A stretch of 32,000 bases of DNA from Blattabacterium cuenoti (GTDB taxonomy: Bacteria > Bacteroidota > Bacteroidia > Flavobacteriales > Blattabacteriaceae): the NCBI GenBank assembly GCA_014251975.1, contig CP059204.1, positions 420,001-452,000 on the forward strand, written 5' to 3'. The notes under the pieces are model-generated. The model was not told the DNA's origin. It ran no database searches and was given only the letters and a program-made list of their open reading frames with translations. The translations under genes and the position numbers were made by a program. This document shows, in pieces, positions 8,691 through 17,573 of the stretch (positions are counted from its first letter, which is position 1; every line of letters begins with the position of its first letter).

Positions 8691-10691
8691 ATGAAATATT
8701 ACAGATATATTATTTCCATTTCTATAAATATATTAGTTTCTATATTTTTTCTTCATTTATTGACACAATCTGCATTAAAATATATTGATTCATATACGCA
8801 ACACGGAATTACTGTAACGGTACCAAACTTATATAATAATAATATACAACAATCTATATCGAAATTGAAAAAAATAGGATTAAAACATAATATAAAATAT
8901 ACGTTTGAAAATAATCCAAAATTTTCCAAATATAAAAAAGATGGTATAATATATAATTATCCATTATCCGGAGAACATGTAAAAATAGGTAGGAAAATAT
9001 GTATTTATGTAAATGTTTGCAATAAATACAACTTATTAAATAGAGATAAGTTAAGTAGAAATAAAAGAAACATATCATCAGAAGAAATTCTTAATTTTTG
9101 TAAGACTAATAAAATAGATCCAACTGATTTTACGTCCATAAATAAAAGTTTATGTAGAAAAAAAAGATATAAACGCTCTTTAAGCTATATGGATACTTTT
9201 TTTAAAAATAATAAATTAGATAAAAAAAAATCAGATGAAATAACATCTGATGAAAATAAACTTGGTACAAATAAATCAGGGGTAAAAGTAACAGTAAAAT
9301 CTGATAAAGACAAAAAAATAGATTCAGATATAATAATACCTGATGAAAATAAATTAATAACAAATAAAATAAATGTAAATAAACTAAGTAAAAGTAAAAA
9401 AAAGATTAATTCAAAAAATAAATTACAAAAAAAAAGAAAAAATAAAAAATTTATAAGAAAATATAATAAAAGAAAATTAGGAACAAATAATAAAAGAAAA
9501 TTAGGAACAAATAATAAAAGAAAATTAGGAACAAAAAGAAAATTAGAAATAATTAATCGTAATTCAAAAAAATTAAATAATAATAAAAAATATTTATATG
9601 CAAAAAAATCAGATTTAGAAAAAGCTTTAGATTCAAAAAAACCAGATTTAGAAAAATCTTTAGATTCAAAAAAATTAGATTTAGAAAAATCTTTAGATTC
9701 AAAAAAACCAGATTTAGAAAAATCTTTAGATTCAAATAAATCATATGGTAAAAAATCTAAGTTTAATAAATTAGATGAAAATAAATCATATGGTAAAAAA
9801 TCTAAGTTTAATAAATTAGATGAAAATAAATCATATGGTAAAAAATCTAAGTTTAATAAATTAGATGAAAATAAATCATATGGTAAAAAATCTAAGTTTA
9901 ACAAATTAGATGCAAATAAATCATATGGTAAAAAATCTAAGTTTAACAAATTAGATGAAAATAAATCATATGGTAAAAAATCTAAGTTTAACAAATTAGA
10001 TGCAAATAAATCATATGGTAAAAAATCTAAGTTTAATAAATTAGATGCAAATAAATCATATGGTAAAAAATCTAAGTTTAATAAATTAGATGCAAATAAA
10101 TTATATGGTAAAAAATCTAAATTTAATAAATTAAGTGTAAAAAAATCATATGGTAAAAAAACTAAGTTTAATAAATTAAATGCAAATAAATCATATGGTA
10201 AAAAAACTAAGTTTAATAAATTAAATGCAAATAAATCATATGGCAAAAAATCTAAGTTTAATAAATTAGAGACAAAGAAATCATATGGTAAAAAAATTAA
10301 GTTTAATAAATTAAATGTAAAGAAATCATATGGTAAAAAAATTAAGTTTAATAAATTAAATGTAAAAAAATCATATGGTAAAAAAATTAAGTTTAATAAA
10401 TTAAATGTAAAAAAATCATATGGTAAAAAAACTAAGTTTAATAAATTAAATGCAAATAAATCATATGGTAAAAAAGCTAAGTCTAACAAATTAAATGCAA
10501 ATAAATCAAATGATAAAAAATATAAGTCTAACAAATTAGATGCAAATAAATCAAATGGTAAAAAAGCTAAGTCTAACAAATTAGATGCAAATAAATCAAA
10601 TGGTAAAAAAGCTAAGTCTAACAAATTAGATGCAAATAAATCAAATGGTAAAAAAGCTAAGTCTAACAAATTAGATGCAAATAAATCATGA
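8691..10691 (+). CDS. single-pass membrane PASTA-domain protein with a ~540-aa Lys-rich low-complexity / tandem-repeat C-terminal extension
   Basis: The N-terminus is basic, followed by a hydrophobic helix (IISISINILVSIFFLHLL). A PASTA-like segment lies at about nt 8805-9014 (GITVTVPNL...GLKHNIKY...GEHVKIGRKICIYVN). The rest is K/N/S-rich and ends in three in-frame tandem repeat modules. TGA stop. The ORF is continuous with the repeats. Confidence 0.8.
   Translation: MKYYRYIISISINILVSIFFLHLLTQSALKYIDSYTQHGITVTVPNLYNNNIQQSISKLKKIGLKHNIKYTFENNPKFSKYKKDGIIYNYPLSGEHVKIGRKICIYVNVCNKYNLLNRDKLSRNKRNISSEEILNFCKTNKIDPTDFTSINKSLCRKKRYKRSLSYMDTFFKNNKLDKKKSDEITSDENKLGTNKSGVKVTVKSDKDKKIDSDIIIPDENKLITNKINVNKLSKSKKKINSKNKLQKKRKNKKFIRKYNKRKLGTNNKRKLGTNNKRKLGTKRKLEIINRNSKKLNNNKKYLYAKKSDLEKALDSKKPDLEKSLDSKKLDLEKSLDSKKPDLEKSLDSNKSYGKKSKFNKLDENKSYGKKSKFNKLDENKSYGKKSKFNKLDENKSYGKKSKFNKLDANKSYGKKSKFNKLDENKSYGKKSKFNKLDANKSYGKKSKFNKLDANKSYGKKSKFNKLDANKLYGKKSKFNKLSVKKSYGKKTKFNKLNANKSYGKKTKFNKLNANKSYGKKSKFNKLETKKSYGKKIKFNKLNVKKSYGKKIKFNKLNVKKSYGKKIKFNKLNVKKSYGKKTKFNKLNANKSYGKKAKSNKLNANKSNDKKYKSNKLDANKSNGKKAKSNKLDANKSNGKKAKSNKLDANKSNGKKAKSNKLDANKS
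9465..9551 (+). repeat. 24-bp in-frame tandem repeat, about 3.6 copies (NKRKLGTN units)
   Basis: aataaaagaaaattaggaacaaat is repeated identically at 9465 and 9489. A third copy starts at 9513 and then degenerates (KRKLEI). Confidence 0.95.
9603..9734 (+). repeat. 33-bp in-frame tandem repeat, 4 copies (KKxDLEK(A/S)LDS units)
   Basis: Units start at 9603, 9636, 9669 and 9702. They differ only at codon 3 (S/P/L/P) and at one A/S codon. Confidence 0.95.
9735..10688 (+). repeat. 45-bp in-frame tandem repeat, 21 full copies plus 9 nt (NKSYGKKSKFNKLDE consensus)
   Basis: Units are phased every 45 nt from 9735. Units 1-3 are identical, and units 4-8 differ from them by 1-2 nt. Sub-blocks are units 10-11 and 16 (KKTKFNKLNA), 13-15 (KKIKFNKLNV) and 19-21 (NKSNGKKAKSNKLDA). 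The array runs straight into the TGA stop. Confidence 0.95.
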
Positions 10692-10769
10692 TTAAAAAAT
10701 AAAATAAATAAAAAAAAATATTAAAATATTGTAAAAATTTTAATACAATTAATATAATAAAAAATATTA

Positions 10770-10779
10770 GGGGGGGGGG
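10770..10779. repeat. G10 homopolymer in the intergenic spacer
   Basis: attaGGGGGGGGGGtatagatc, read directly from the sequence. It is the only long G/C run I see in the window. Confidence 0.9.
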
Positions 10780-10915
10780 TATAGATCTAATTATGGGAGG
10801 ATTATATATATAATAAAATATTTTTAAAAAATTTTAATAGAAAAAAAAATCTATTTATAGTTAAACTAATTTATTATATATTTTGTAATTATTTAATAAT
10901 ATAAAATTTTATCAA

Positions 10916-11935
10916 ATGTCTATAAAAACTAGAGATTTAGTATACAAAGGGAAAACAAAAATACGAATAGATCATTTTTTAATGAACAAATTTTCTAGTA
11001 TTAGTAGAAACCAAATACAAAAAAATATTAAATTAGGGAACATATTAATAAATAATTATTGCATTAAAAAAAATAGTTTTAAAATAAATTATTTAGATAA
11101 AATAACATTTGATATTTATGTTAATAAAAAAAATTATAAGAATATTACTGCAAAAAAAATAAATTTTGATATTATATACGAAGATGAAGATGTTATAGTA
11201 ATAAATAAACCTTATGGAATAGTAGTATATCCAGGATGTGGAAATGAAGAAAATACATTAATTCATGGGATAAAATATTTAAATAAAAATTTTGATAATC
11301 TATATAGAGGAGGTATAATACATAGATTAGATAAAGATACATCAGGTTTATTAATAATAGCAAAAAACAAATACTCACAAGAATATTTGTCTAAACAATT
11401 TTATTACAAAACAATTTATAGAAAATATATAGCTTTAATTACAGGTGATTTATCAAATGAAAAAGGTACTATTTCTGGATTTATTGGAAGAGATCCTAAA
11501 AATAGAAAAAGAATGACTGTTTTTAATAGAAAAAAAAATAAAATATATAATGGTAAATATTCTATAACACATTATAAAGTACTAAAAAGATTTAATTATA
11601 TAACTTATATATCTTGTAAATTAGAAACTGGAAGAACTCATCAAATTAGAACTCATTTTAAATATATAGGACATCCATTATTTCAAGATTCAAAATATGG
11701 TGGTAATTACGAAAAATTTATAAGAAAAAATAAATTAAATAAAGAATTTATATTATTTTTTAAAAATTGTTATAATACAATGAATAGACATGCATTACAT
11801 GCAAAAAATATATCTTTTATTCATCCAAGAATAGGAAAATGTAGTTTTTCTTGTCCAATACCAAATGATTTTAAAACTATTTTAATAAAATGTAAAAAAA
11901 AATTCTATAATAAAATTCCATGCAAAATTATATAA
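10916..11935 (+). CDS. rluD: RluA-family 23S rRNA pseudouridine synthase (RluD-like)
   Basis: 339 aa with an N-terminal S4-like segment, the catalytic motif HRLDKDTSGLL and GRTHQIRTH. Confidence 0.9.
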   Translation: MSIKTRDLVYKGKTKIRIDHFLMNKFSSISRNQIQKNIKLGNILINNYCIKKNSFKINYLDKITFDIYVNKKNYKNITAKKINFDIIYEDEDVIVINKPYGIVVYPGCGNEENTLIHGIKYLNKNFDNLYRGGIIHRLDKDTSGLLIIAKNKYSQEYLSKQFYYKTIYRKYIALITGDLSNEKGTISGFIGRDPKNRKRMTVFNRKKNKIYNGKYSITHYKVLKRFNYITYISCKLETGRTHQIRTHFKYIGHPLFQDSKYGGNYEKFIRKNKLNKEFILFFKNCYNTMNRHALHAKNISFIHPRIGKCSFSCPIPNDFKTILIKCKKKFYNKIPCKII

Positions 11936-13251
11936 GCTATAAAAAAATAAATTATTAATCCTACAACATCTACTAATGTTGCTACAAAAGGTGCAGATGA
12001 ACTAGCTGGATCACCACCTAATTTTTTAATAACAAATGGTAACATCCCTCCACTTAACGTGCCCCACAAAACTATACCAATTAGAGAAAAAAAAACAGTA
12101 ATACCTATTTTTATCCAATATATTCCATAATCAAATAAATTAAAATTTTGCCATATAATAATTCTTATAAATCCAGTAAATCCTAAAATAATACCCAAAA
12201 AAAAACCACAAATAATTTCTCTTTTCATGACCCTATACCAATCTTTAATTTTTACTTCTCCCAATGCCATAGCTTGAATAATTAAACTGGAAGCTTGAGA
12301 GCCACTATTACCACCACTTGAAACAACTAATGGTATAAATAATGACAAAACAACAGCCTTTTCTATCCAATTTGAAAAATTTTGCATTACTGTTGTTGTT
12401 AATAATTCACCTACAAAAAGGAATATCAACCATCTAGCCCTTTTTATTATTAATTTGTATAAAGAAATATTAAAATATGATTTATTTAAATACTCTATAC
12501 TACCAATTTTTTTAAAATTTTTTTTATAATTCTTATTTAAAACATACAATATATCATCAACAGTAACAATTCCTAAAAGATAATTTTTGTCATCTACTAC
12601 TGGTAATGATACTCTATTATTTATAGAAAATTTTTTTATTGCTACTTCCTCTGTATCAGTAGCCCTTAAAAAATCAATATTTTCTCTATCCATTAATTTT
12701 AATACTTTTGTATTAGGACTAACTAATAAAAATTTTCCAATTTTTATATTATCTATTAATTTACCTCTTTTATCTATAACATATATAATTTCTACAACAT
12801 CGAAATTTTTAATTTCTTTTCGTATATAATTTAAAACGTTTTTTATAATCCAATTTTCTTTTACAGAAATATTATAAGGTATAATTAATCTACCAACGCT
12901 ATTTTCTGGATAACCTAAAGAAACTAAAGTTTTTTTTTTTTCTTTTGGATTTAAATACTTTATTAAATCCTTCAAAAAAATATATGGTAATTTTTCTAAA
13001 AAAGAAATTCTATTATCTACTGATAATTTATTTAAAAATTCTTTTTTTTTATCAGAAGATAATTTTTCAATAATTTTTTTTTTTATATCAAAATCTAGTA
13101 ATTTAAACACAGAAATTGCTTTATAAATATTTAATAAATTGAAAATTTTAATAATATTATTATCTGAATTTTTTTGAATTAATTTTATCAGACTATTAAT
13201 ACTTTGTTTATTTAAAATTCTTTTATTAAAAAAATTTTTTTTATTAAACAT
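11905..13251 (-). CDS. mgtE: magnesium transporter MgtE
   Basis: 448 aa with an N-domain, a tandem CBS region and a membrane domain carrying the SSGGNSGSQ motif. Its 3' end overlaps the rluD 3' end by 31 nt. Confidence 0.9.
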   Translation of the reverse strand: MFNKKNFFNKRILNKQSINSLIKLIQKNSDNNIIKIFNLLNIYKAISVFKLLDFDIKKKIIEKLSSDKKKEFLNKLSVDNRISFLEKLPYIFLKDLIKYLNPKEKKKTLVSLGYPENSVGRLIIPYNISVKENWIIKNVLNYIRKEIKNFDVVEIIYVIDKRGKLIDNIKIGKFLLVSPNTKVLKLMDRENIDFLRATDTEEVAIKKFSINNRVSLPVVDDKNYLLGIVTVDDILYVLNKNYKKNFKKIGSIEYLNKSYFNISLYKLIIKRARWLIFLFVGELLTTTVMQNFSNWIEKAVVLSLFIPLVVSSGGNSGSQASSLIIQAMALGEVKIKDWYRVMKREIICGFFLGIILGFTGFIRIIIWQNFNLFDYGIYWIKIGITVFFSLIGIVLWGTLSGGMLPFVIKKLGGDPASSSAPFVATLVDVVGLIIYFFIAYIILHGILL

Positions 13252-13314
13252 TGTTTTTATGTTTTTTATTTTATTATATCTTAAAATTATAAAATCATAA
13301 TAATTTTAAAAAAA

Positions 13315-16059
13315 ATGAAATATAATTTTCGTAAATTAGAACAATATTGGCAACATTATTGGAAAAAAAACAAAATATTTTATACCAAAGAAAATAAAAA
13401 AAAAAAATTTTACATACTAAATATGTTTCCATATCCTTCTGGGTCCGGATTGCATATAGGACATTGTTTATGTTACATAGCTTCAGATATATATGCTAGA
13501 TATTTACGGGGTAAAGGGTTTAATGTCCTAAATCCAATGGGATTTGATTCATTTGGATTACCAACAGAACAATATGCAATACAAACTGGGAAACACCCAC
13601 ATGATATAACATATGAAAATGAAAAAAAATATCAAAATCAAATAAATAGTATAGGTATATCATTTGATTGGAATAGAAAATTAAGTACTAGTAATCCAAA
13701 TTATTATCGTTGGACACAATGGATGTTTATTAAACTATTTAATTCATGGTATGATAAAAATGATTGCAAAGCAAAATCAATAAAAATTTTAATCAATGAA
13801 TTTAATAAACAAGGGAATATATCTATTAACGCAAATTCTTCATATAAAGAAAAATTTGATTCAAAATTTTGGATTAAATGTAGTTATAATAAAAAAGAAA
13901 AAATACTACATAATTATAGACTAGCATACTTATGTAATAGTTTAGTTAATTGGTGTCCAGAATTAAATACTGTTTTATCAAATGAAGAAATAAAAAATGG
14001 TAAAAGTATACGTGGTGATTATCCTATTTATAAAAAAACAATGTTACAATGGCACATAAGGATAAGTGCATATGCAGATAGATTAATTAGAGGATTAAAT
14101 TATATAAATTGCTCTGAATCATTAAAAAAAGCTCAAATAAACTGGATTGGTAAATCAATATCATATTCTATTATGCTAGAAATAGTTTATACTAATAATA
14201 AAAATTCTAAATTAGAATGTATTATTGATTACCCAGAATTTATATTTGGAATTACATTTATTGTTCTATCTATAGATCACCCTATATTATATAAAATAAG
14301 TCATATTAATAATAAAAAAAATGTATTTAACTATATAAATAAAACAATAGGTAAAAAAAACAAAGAAAATATTTCTGCAGTTTTTACAGGAAATTATGTT
14401 ATTCATCCTTTTACCAAAATTAGAATACCTATTTATATAAGTGACTTTTTTTATTTTAATAATGGTAAAAGATCATTAGCTATAATATCTGAACAAAATG
14501 AAATATGTAAAAAATTTTCTAAAAAATTGAAAATAAAAACTATACCTATTATATCTATAGATAAAAAATTAATAAATTCTTATTCTTTAAATGGATTAAA
14601 CATAAAAGAAGCTAGATTACAATCATTAAAAATGTTGAAAAAAATAGGACAAAATAAAATAAATTATAAAATTCGTGATGCAATATTTTCTAGACAAAGA
14701 TATTGGGGTGAACCAATACCTATTTATTTCAAAAATAATATACCTAAACCTATTCCATTAGAAAAACTTCCATTAATTTTACCAAAAATTAAAAATAATT
14801 ATTCATTAAACACAAAAATTGATAATTGGGCTTGGCATGAAAAAAAAATGAAAGTAGTATCTAATAAACTCATAGATAACAAAAAAATTTTCCCTATAGA
14901 AACAGATACTATGCCTAGTTGGGCTGGATCAAGTTGGTATTTCCTTCGTTATATGGATGTGAATAATAATAATTTTTTTTTAGATTCAAAAAAAGAAAAT
15001 TATTGGAAAAATGTAGATTTATATATAGGTGGTTCTGAACACAGCACAGGACATTTAATATACTCTAGATTTTGGAATAAATTCTTAAAGGATATATGTT
15101 GTATAAAAAAAGAAGAACCTTTTATTAAAATAATAAATCAAGGAATGATTTTATGTTATTCAGCTTGTATTTTAAAAGTAATTGGGAAAAATATTTTTGT
15201 ATCTTATGGATTAAAAAATAAAAGTAATTTTTTTTCTTTTCAAAATGTATATGTTGATGTTTCTTTTATTAAAAATAATAATATATTAGATATATGTAAA
15301 TTAAAAAAAAATAAATCAGAATTTAAAAATTCTATTTTTGTATTAGAAAAAGGAAATTTTCTTTGTAAAAGAAAATTAGAAAAAATGTCAAAATCAAAAT
15401 ATAATATAGTAAATCCAGAATTTATTATTGAAAAATATGGTGCTGATGTTTTCAGAATATATGAAATGTTTTTAGGTCCTATAACACAATCAAAATTATG
15501 GGATGAAAAAAAAATAAATGGGATTAGTAACTTTATTAAAAAATTTTGGAATTTGTTTCATAATAATGGTGTTTTTACAGTAGTTGATAAAAAGCCAACA
15601 TACGATGAATTTAGTATACTACATGAGACTATTAAAAATATAAATAAAAAAATGAATTTATTATCTTTTAATACATGTATTAGTAGCTTTATGATTATTG
15701 TTAATAAACTATCAATTTTTAAATGTAATAAAAAAAAAATTTTAGTACCATTATTAAAATTAATATCTCCATTTTCTCCTCATATAGCAGAAGAATTATG
15801 GAAAAAACTAGGATATAAAAAATCTATAATATATTCCAATATACCTAATTTTAATAAAAAATATATACCAAAAAATATTAAATATCTTGTAATGTTGAAT
15901 GGAATTTTCAAATTTGTAATGATGTTTAACTGTAATATAACTTTAGAAGAAATAAAAATGAAAGCTTTAAAAAATCCAAAAACTAAATCAATTTTAAAAG
16001 AACAATCTATAAAAAAAATTATGATTATTAAAAAAAAAATAATAAATATTTTATTTTAG
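13315..16059 (+). CDS. leuS: leucine--tRNA ligase
   Basis: 914 aa with a HIGH-type motif (GLHIGHCL), a KMSKS motif (EKMSKSKYN) and bacterial LeuS N-terminal signature sequences (MFPYPSG). Confidence 0.95.
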   Translation: MKYNFRKLEQYWQHYWKKNKIFYTKENKKKKFYILNMFPYPSGSGLHIGHCLCYIASDIYARYLRGKGFNVLNPMGFDSFGLPTEQYAIQTGKHPHDITYENEKKYQNQINSIGISFDWNRKLSTSNPNYYRWTQWMFIKLFNSWYDKNDCKAKSIKILINEFNKQGNISINANSSYKEKFDSKFWIKCSYNKKEKILHNYRLAYLCNSLVNWCPELNTVLSNEEIKNGKSIRGDYPIYKKTMLQWHIRISAYADRLIRGLNYINCSESLKKAQINWIGKSISYSIMLEIVYTNNKNSKLECIIDYPEFIFGITFIVLSIDHPILYKISHINNKKNVFNYINKTIGKKNKENISAVFTGNYVIHPFTKIRIPIYISDFFYFNNGKRSLAIISEQNEICKKFSKKLKIKTIPIISIDKKLINSYSLNGLNIKEARLQSLKMLKKIGQNKINYKIRDAIFSRQRYWGEPIPIYFKNNIPKPIPLEKLPLILPKIKNNYSLNTKIDNWAWHEKKMKVVSNKLIDNKKIFPIETDTMPSWAGSSWYFLRYMDVNNNNFFLDSKKENYWKNVDLYIGGSEHSTGHLIYSRFWNKFLKDICCIKKEEPFIKIINQGMILCYSACILKVIGKNIFVSYGLKNKSNFFSFQNVYVDVSFIKNNNILDICKLKKNKSEFKNSIFVLEKGNFLCKRKLEKMSKSKYNIVNPEFIIEKYGADVFRIYEMFLGPITQSKLWDEKKINGISNFIKKFWNLFHNNGVFTVVDKKPTYDEFSILHETIKNINKKMNLLSFNTCISSFMIIVNKLSIFKCNKKKILVPLLKLISPFSPHIAEELWKKLGYKKSIIYSNIPNFNKKYIPKNIKYLVMLNGIFKFVMMFNCNITLEEIKMKALKNPKTKSILKEQSIKKIMIIKKKIINILF

Positions 16060-16114
16060 CTATAAATAAATTAAAATTATTCTATGATTTTAGAAATGTA
16101 TAAAATATTTTTTT

Positions 16115-17542
16115 ATGTTAAAAAAAAATCAAAACATAACCGATACTTGTAGTTTTTTTAATTGTATAGAAAAAAATTTAGATAAAGCCGCACAATTTAT
16201 TTCTGTTGATAAAAAATTATTAAAACAAATTAAATTATGTAATTCTGTATATAGAATTAATTTCCCTGTAGAAATATATGGAAAAATTCAGGTTATAGAA
16301 GCGTATAGAGTACAACATTCTCATCATAAATTACCTTGTAAAGGAGGTATAAGATATAGTCTAAAAGTTAATCAAGATGAAATTATGACACTAGCAGCTT
16401 TAATGACATATAAATGTGCTATAATGGATATACCTTTTGGTGGTGCTAAAGGTGGAATTAAAATAGATCCTCAAAAAATACCAGTAAAATATTTGGAAAA
16501 AATTACAAGACGATATACTTCTGAACTTGTAAAAAAAAATTTTATTGGTCCTGGGATAGATGTACCGGCACCGGATTATGGTACTGGAGAAAAAGAAATG
16601 AGTTGGATATTTGATACATTTTCATCACTTTGTCCTGGAAATATTGATTCAATGGCTTGTGTTACAGGAAAACCAATATCTCAAGGTGGAGTTAGAGGTA
16701 GAAAAGAAGCTACAGGTTTAGGCGTGTTTTATGGAATTAGAGAATTATGTAATCTTAAAGAAGAAATGTCTTTTTTAGGGCTAGATACTGGATTAATGGG
16801 AAAAAAAATTATTATTCAAGGTTTAGGAAATGTAGGATATCATGCAGCTAAATTCTTATATAAATCTGGAGCTATAATTGTAGCTTTGGCAGAAAGAGAA
16901 GGTGCAATATATAATAAAAATGGATTAAATGTCTCTGACGTAATTTTACATTTAAAAGAGACAGGATCTATATTAAATTTTCCAGGATCAAAAAATATAC
17001 AAAAAACAGAAAAAGCTTTAGAGTTAGAATGTGATATTTTAATTCCAGCAGCATTAGAAAATGTTATTAATAAAAATAATGCTAATAGTATAAAATCTAA
17101 AATTATTGGAGAAGCTGCTAATGGGCCTATTACACCAGAAGCTGAAAATATATTAGAAAAAAAAGGTATTACAATAATTCCAGATATTTATTTAAATGCC
17201 GGAGGTGTTACAGTATCTTATTTTGAATGGATAAAAAACTTAAGTCATATACGTTATGGAAGAATAGAAAAAAAATTTAGTGAAAATATTAATGCAAAAT
17301 TTATTAAAATTATAGAAACTATTTGTAAAAGAAAAATTTTAAAAAAAGAAAAAGATATTTTCTTAAAAGGCGCTGATGAAATTGATTTTATATATAGTGG
17401 ATTAGAAGATACTATGATAAATGGATTTCATACTATTAGAGATATAAAAAATTCTCTAAACATTAATATTAGAACGGCATCATATATACTTGCTATTAAT
17501 AAAATTATTGATTCTTATAAAAAATTAGGAATTTTTCCATAA
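16115..17542 (+). CDS. gdh: Glu/Leu/Phe/Val-family glutamate dehydrogenase (long, GLUD-like type)
   Basis: 475 aa with motifs CKGGIRYS, LMTYKCAIMDIPFGGAKGGIKIDP and the Rossmann GLGNVG. Confidence 0.9.
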   Translation: MLKKNQNITDTCSFFNCIEKNLDKAAQFISVDKKLLKQIKLCNSVYRINFPVEIYGKIQVIEAYRVQHSHHKLPCKGGIRYSLKVNQDEIMTLAALMTYKCAIMDIPFGGAKGGIKIDPQKIPVKYLEKITRRYTSELVKKNFIGPGIDVPAPDYGTGEKEMSWIFDTFSSLCPGNIDSMACVTGKPISQGGVRGRKEATGLGVFYGIRELCNLKEEMSFLGLDTGLMGKKIIIQGLGNVGYHAAKFLYKSGAIIVALAEREGAIYNKNGLNVSDVILHLKETGSILNFPGSKNIQKTEKALELECDILIPAALENVINKNNANSIKSKIIGEAANGPITPEAENILEKKGITIIPDIYLNAGGVTVSYFEWIKNLSHIRYGRIEKKFSENINAKFIKIIETICKRKILKKEKDIFLKGADEIDFIYSGLEDTMINGFHTIRDIKNSLNINIRTASYILAINKIIDSYKKLGIFP

Positions 17543-17573
17543 AAATTTTTTATTAAAAATTATAAAAATATTA

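Noticed and set aside
9185-10669. 494-aa ORF on the minus strand across the repeat region (LLNLDFLPYDLFASN... units)
   Set aside because: It is open only because the 45-, 33- and 24-bp units happen to lack stops in that antisense frame. The plus-strand frame is continuous with a recognisable TM + PASTA N-terminus and uses the genome-typical AAA-rich Lys coding. No independent signal supports the antisense frame. It cannot be formally excluded without expression data.
9735-10688. Regularly spaced repeats that could superficially be taken for a CRISPR array
   Set aside because: The units are directly contiguous with no unique spacers, the period is 45 bp (a multiple of 3), they sit in frame inside a CDS, they are not palindromic, and no cas genes are nearby.
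10689-10820. Possible TGA-as-Trp recoding or read-through extending the repeat protein
   Set aside because: TGA also terminates the alpha/beta hydrolase at its expected length (3214-3216, ATGA overlap with the next gene). Trp is encoded by TGG throughout, and the read-through peptide has no recognisable features.
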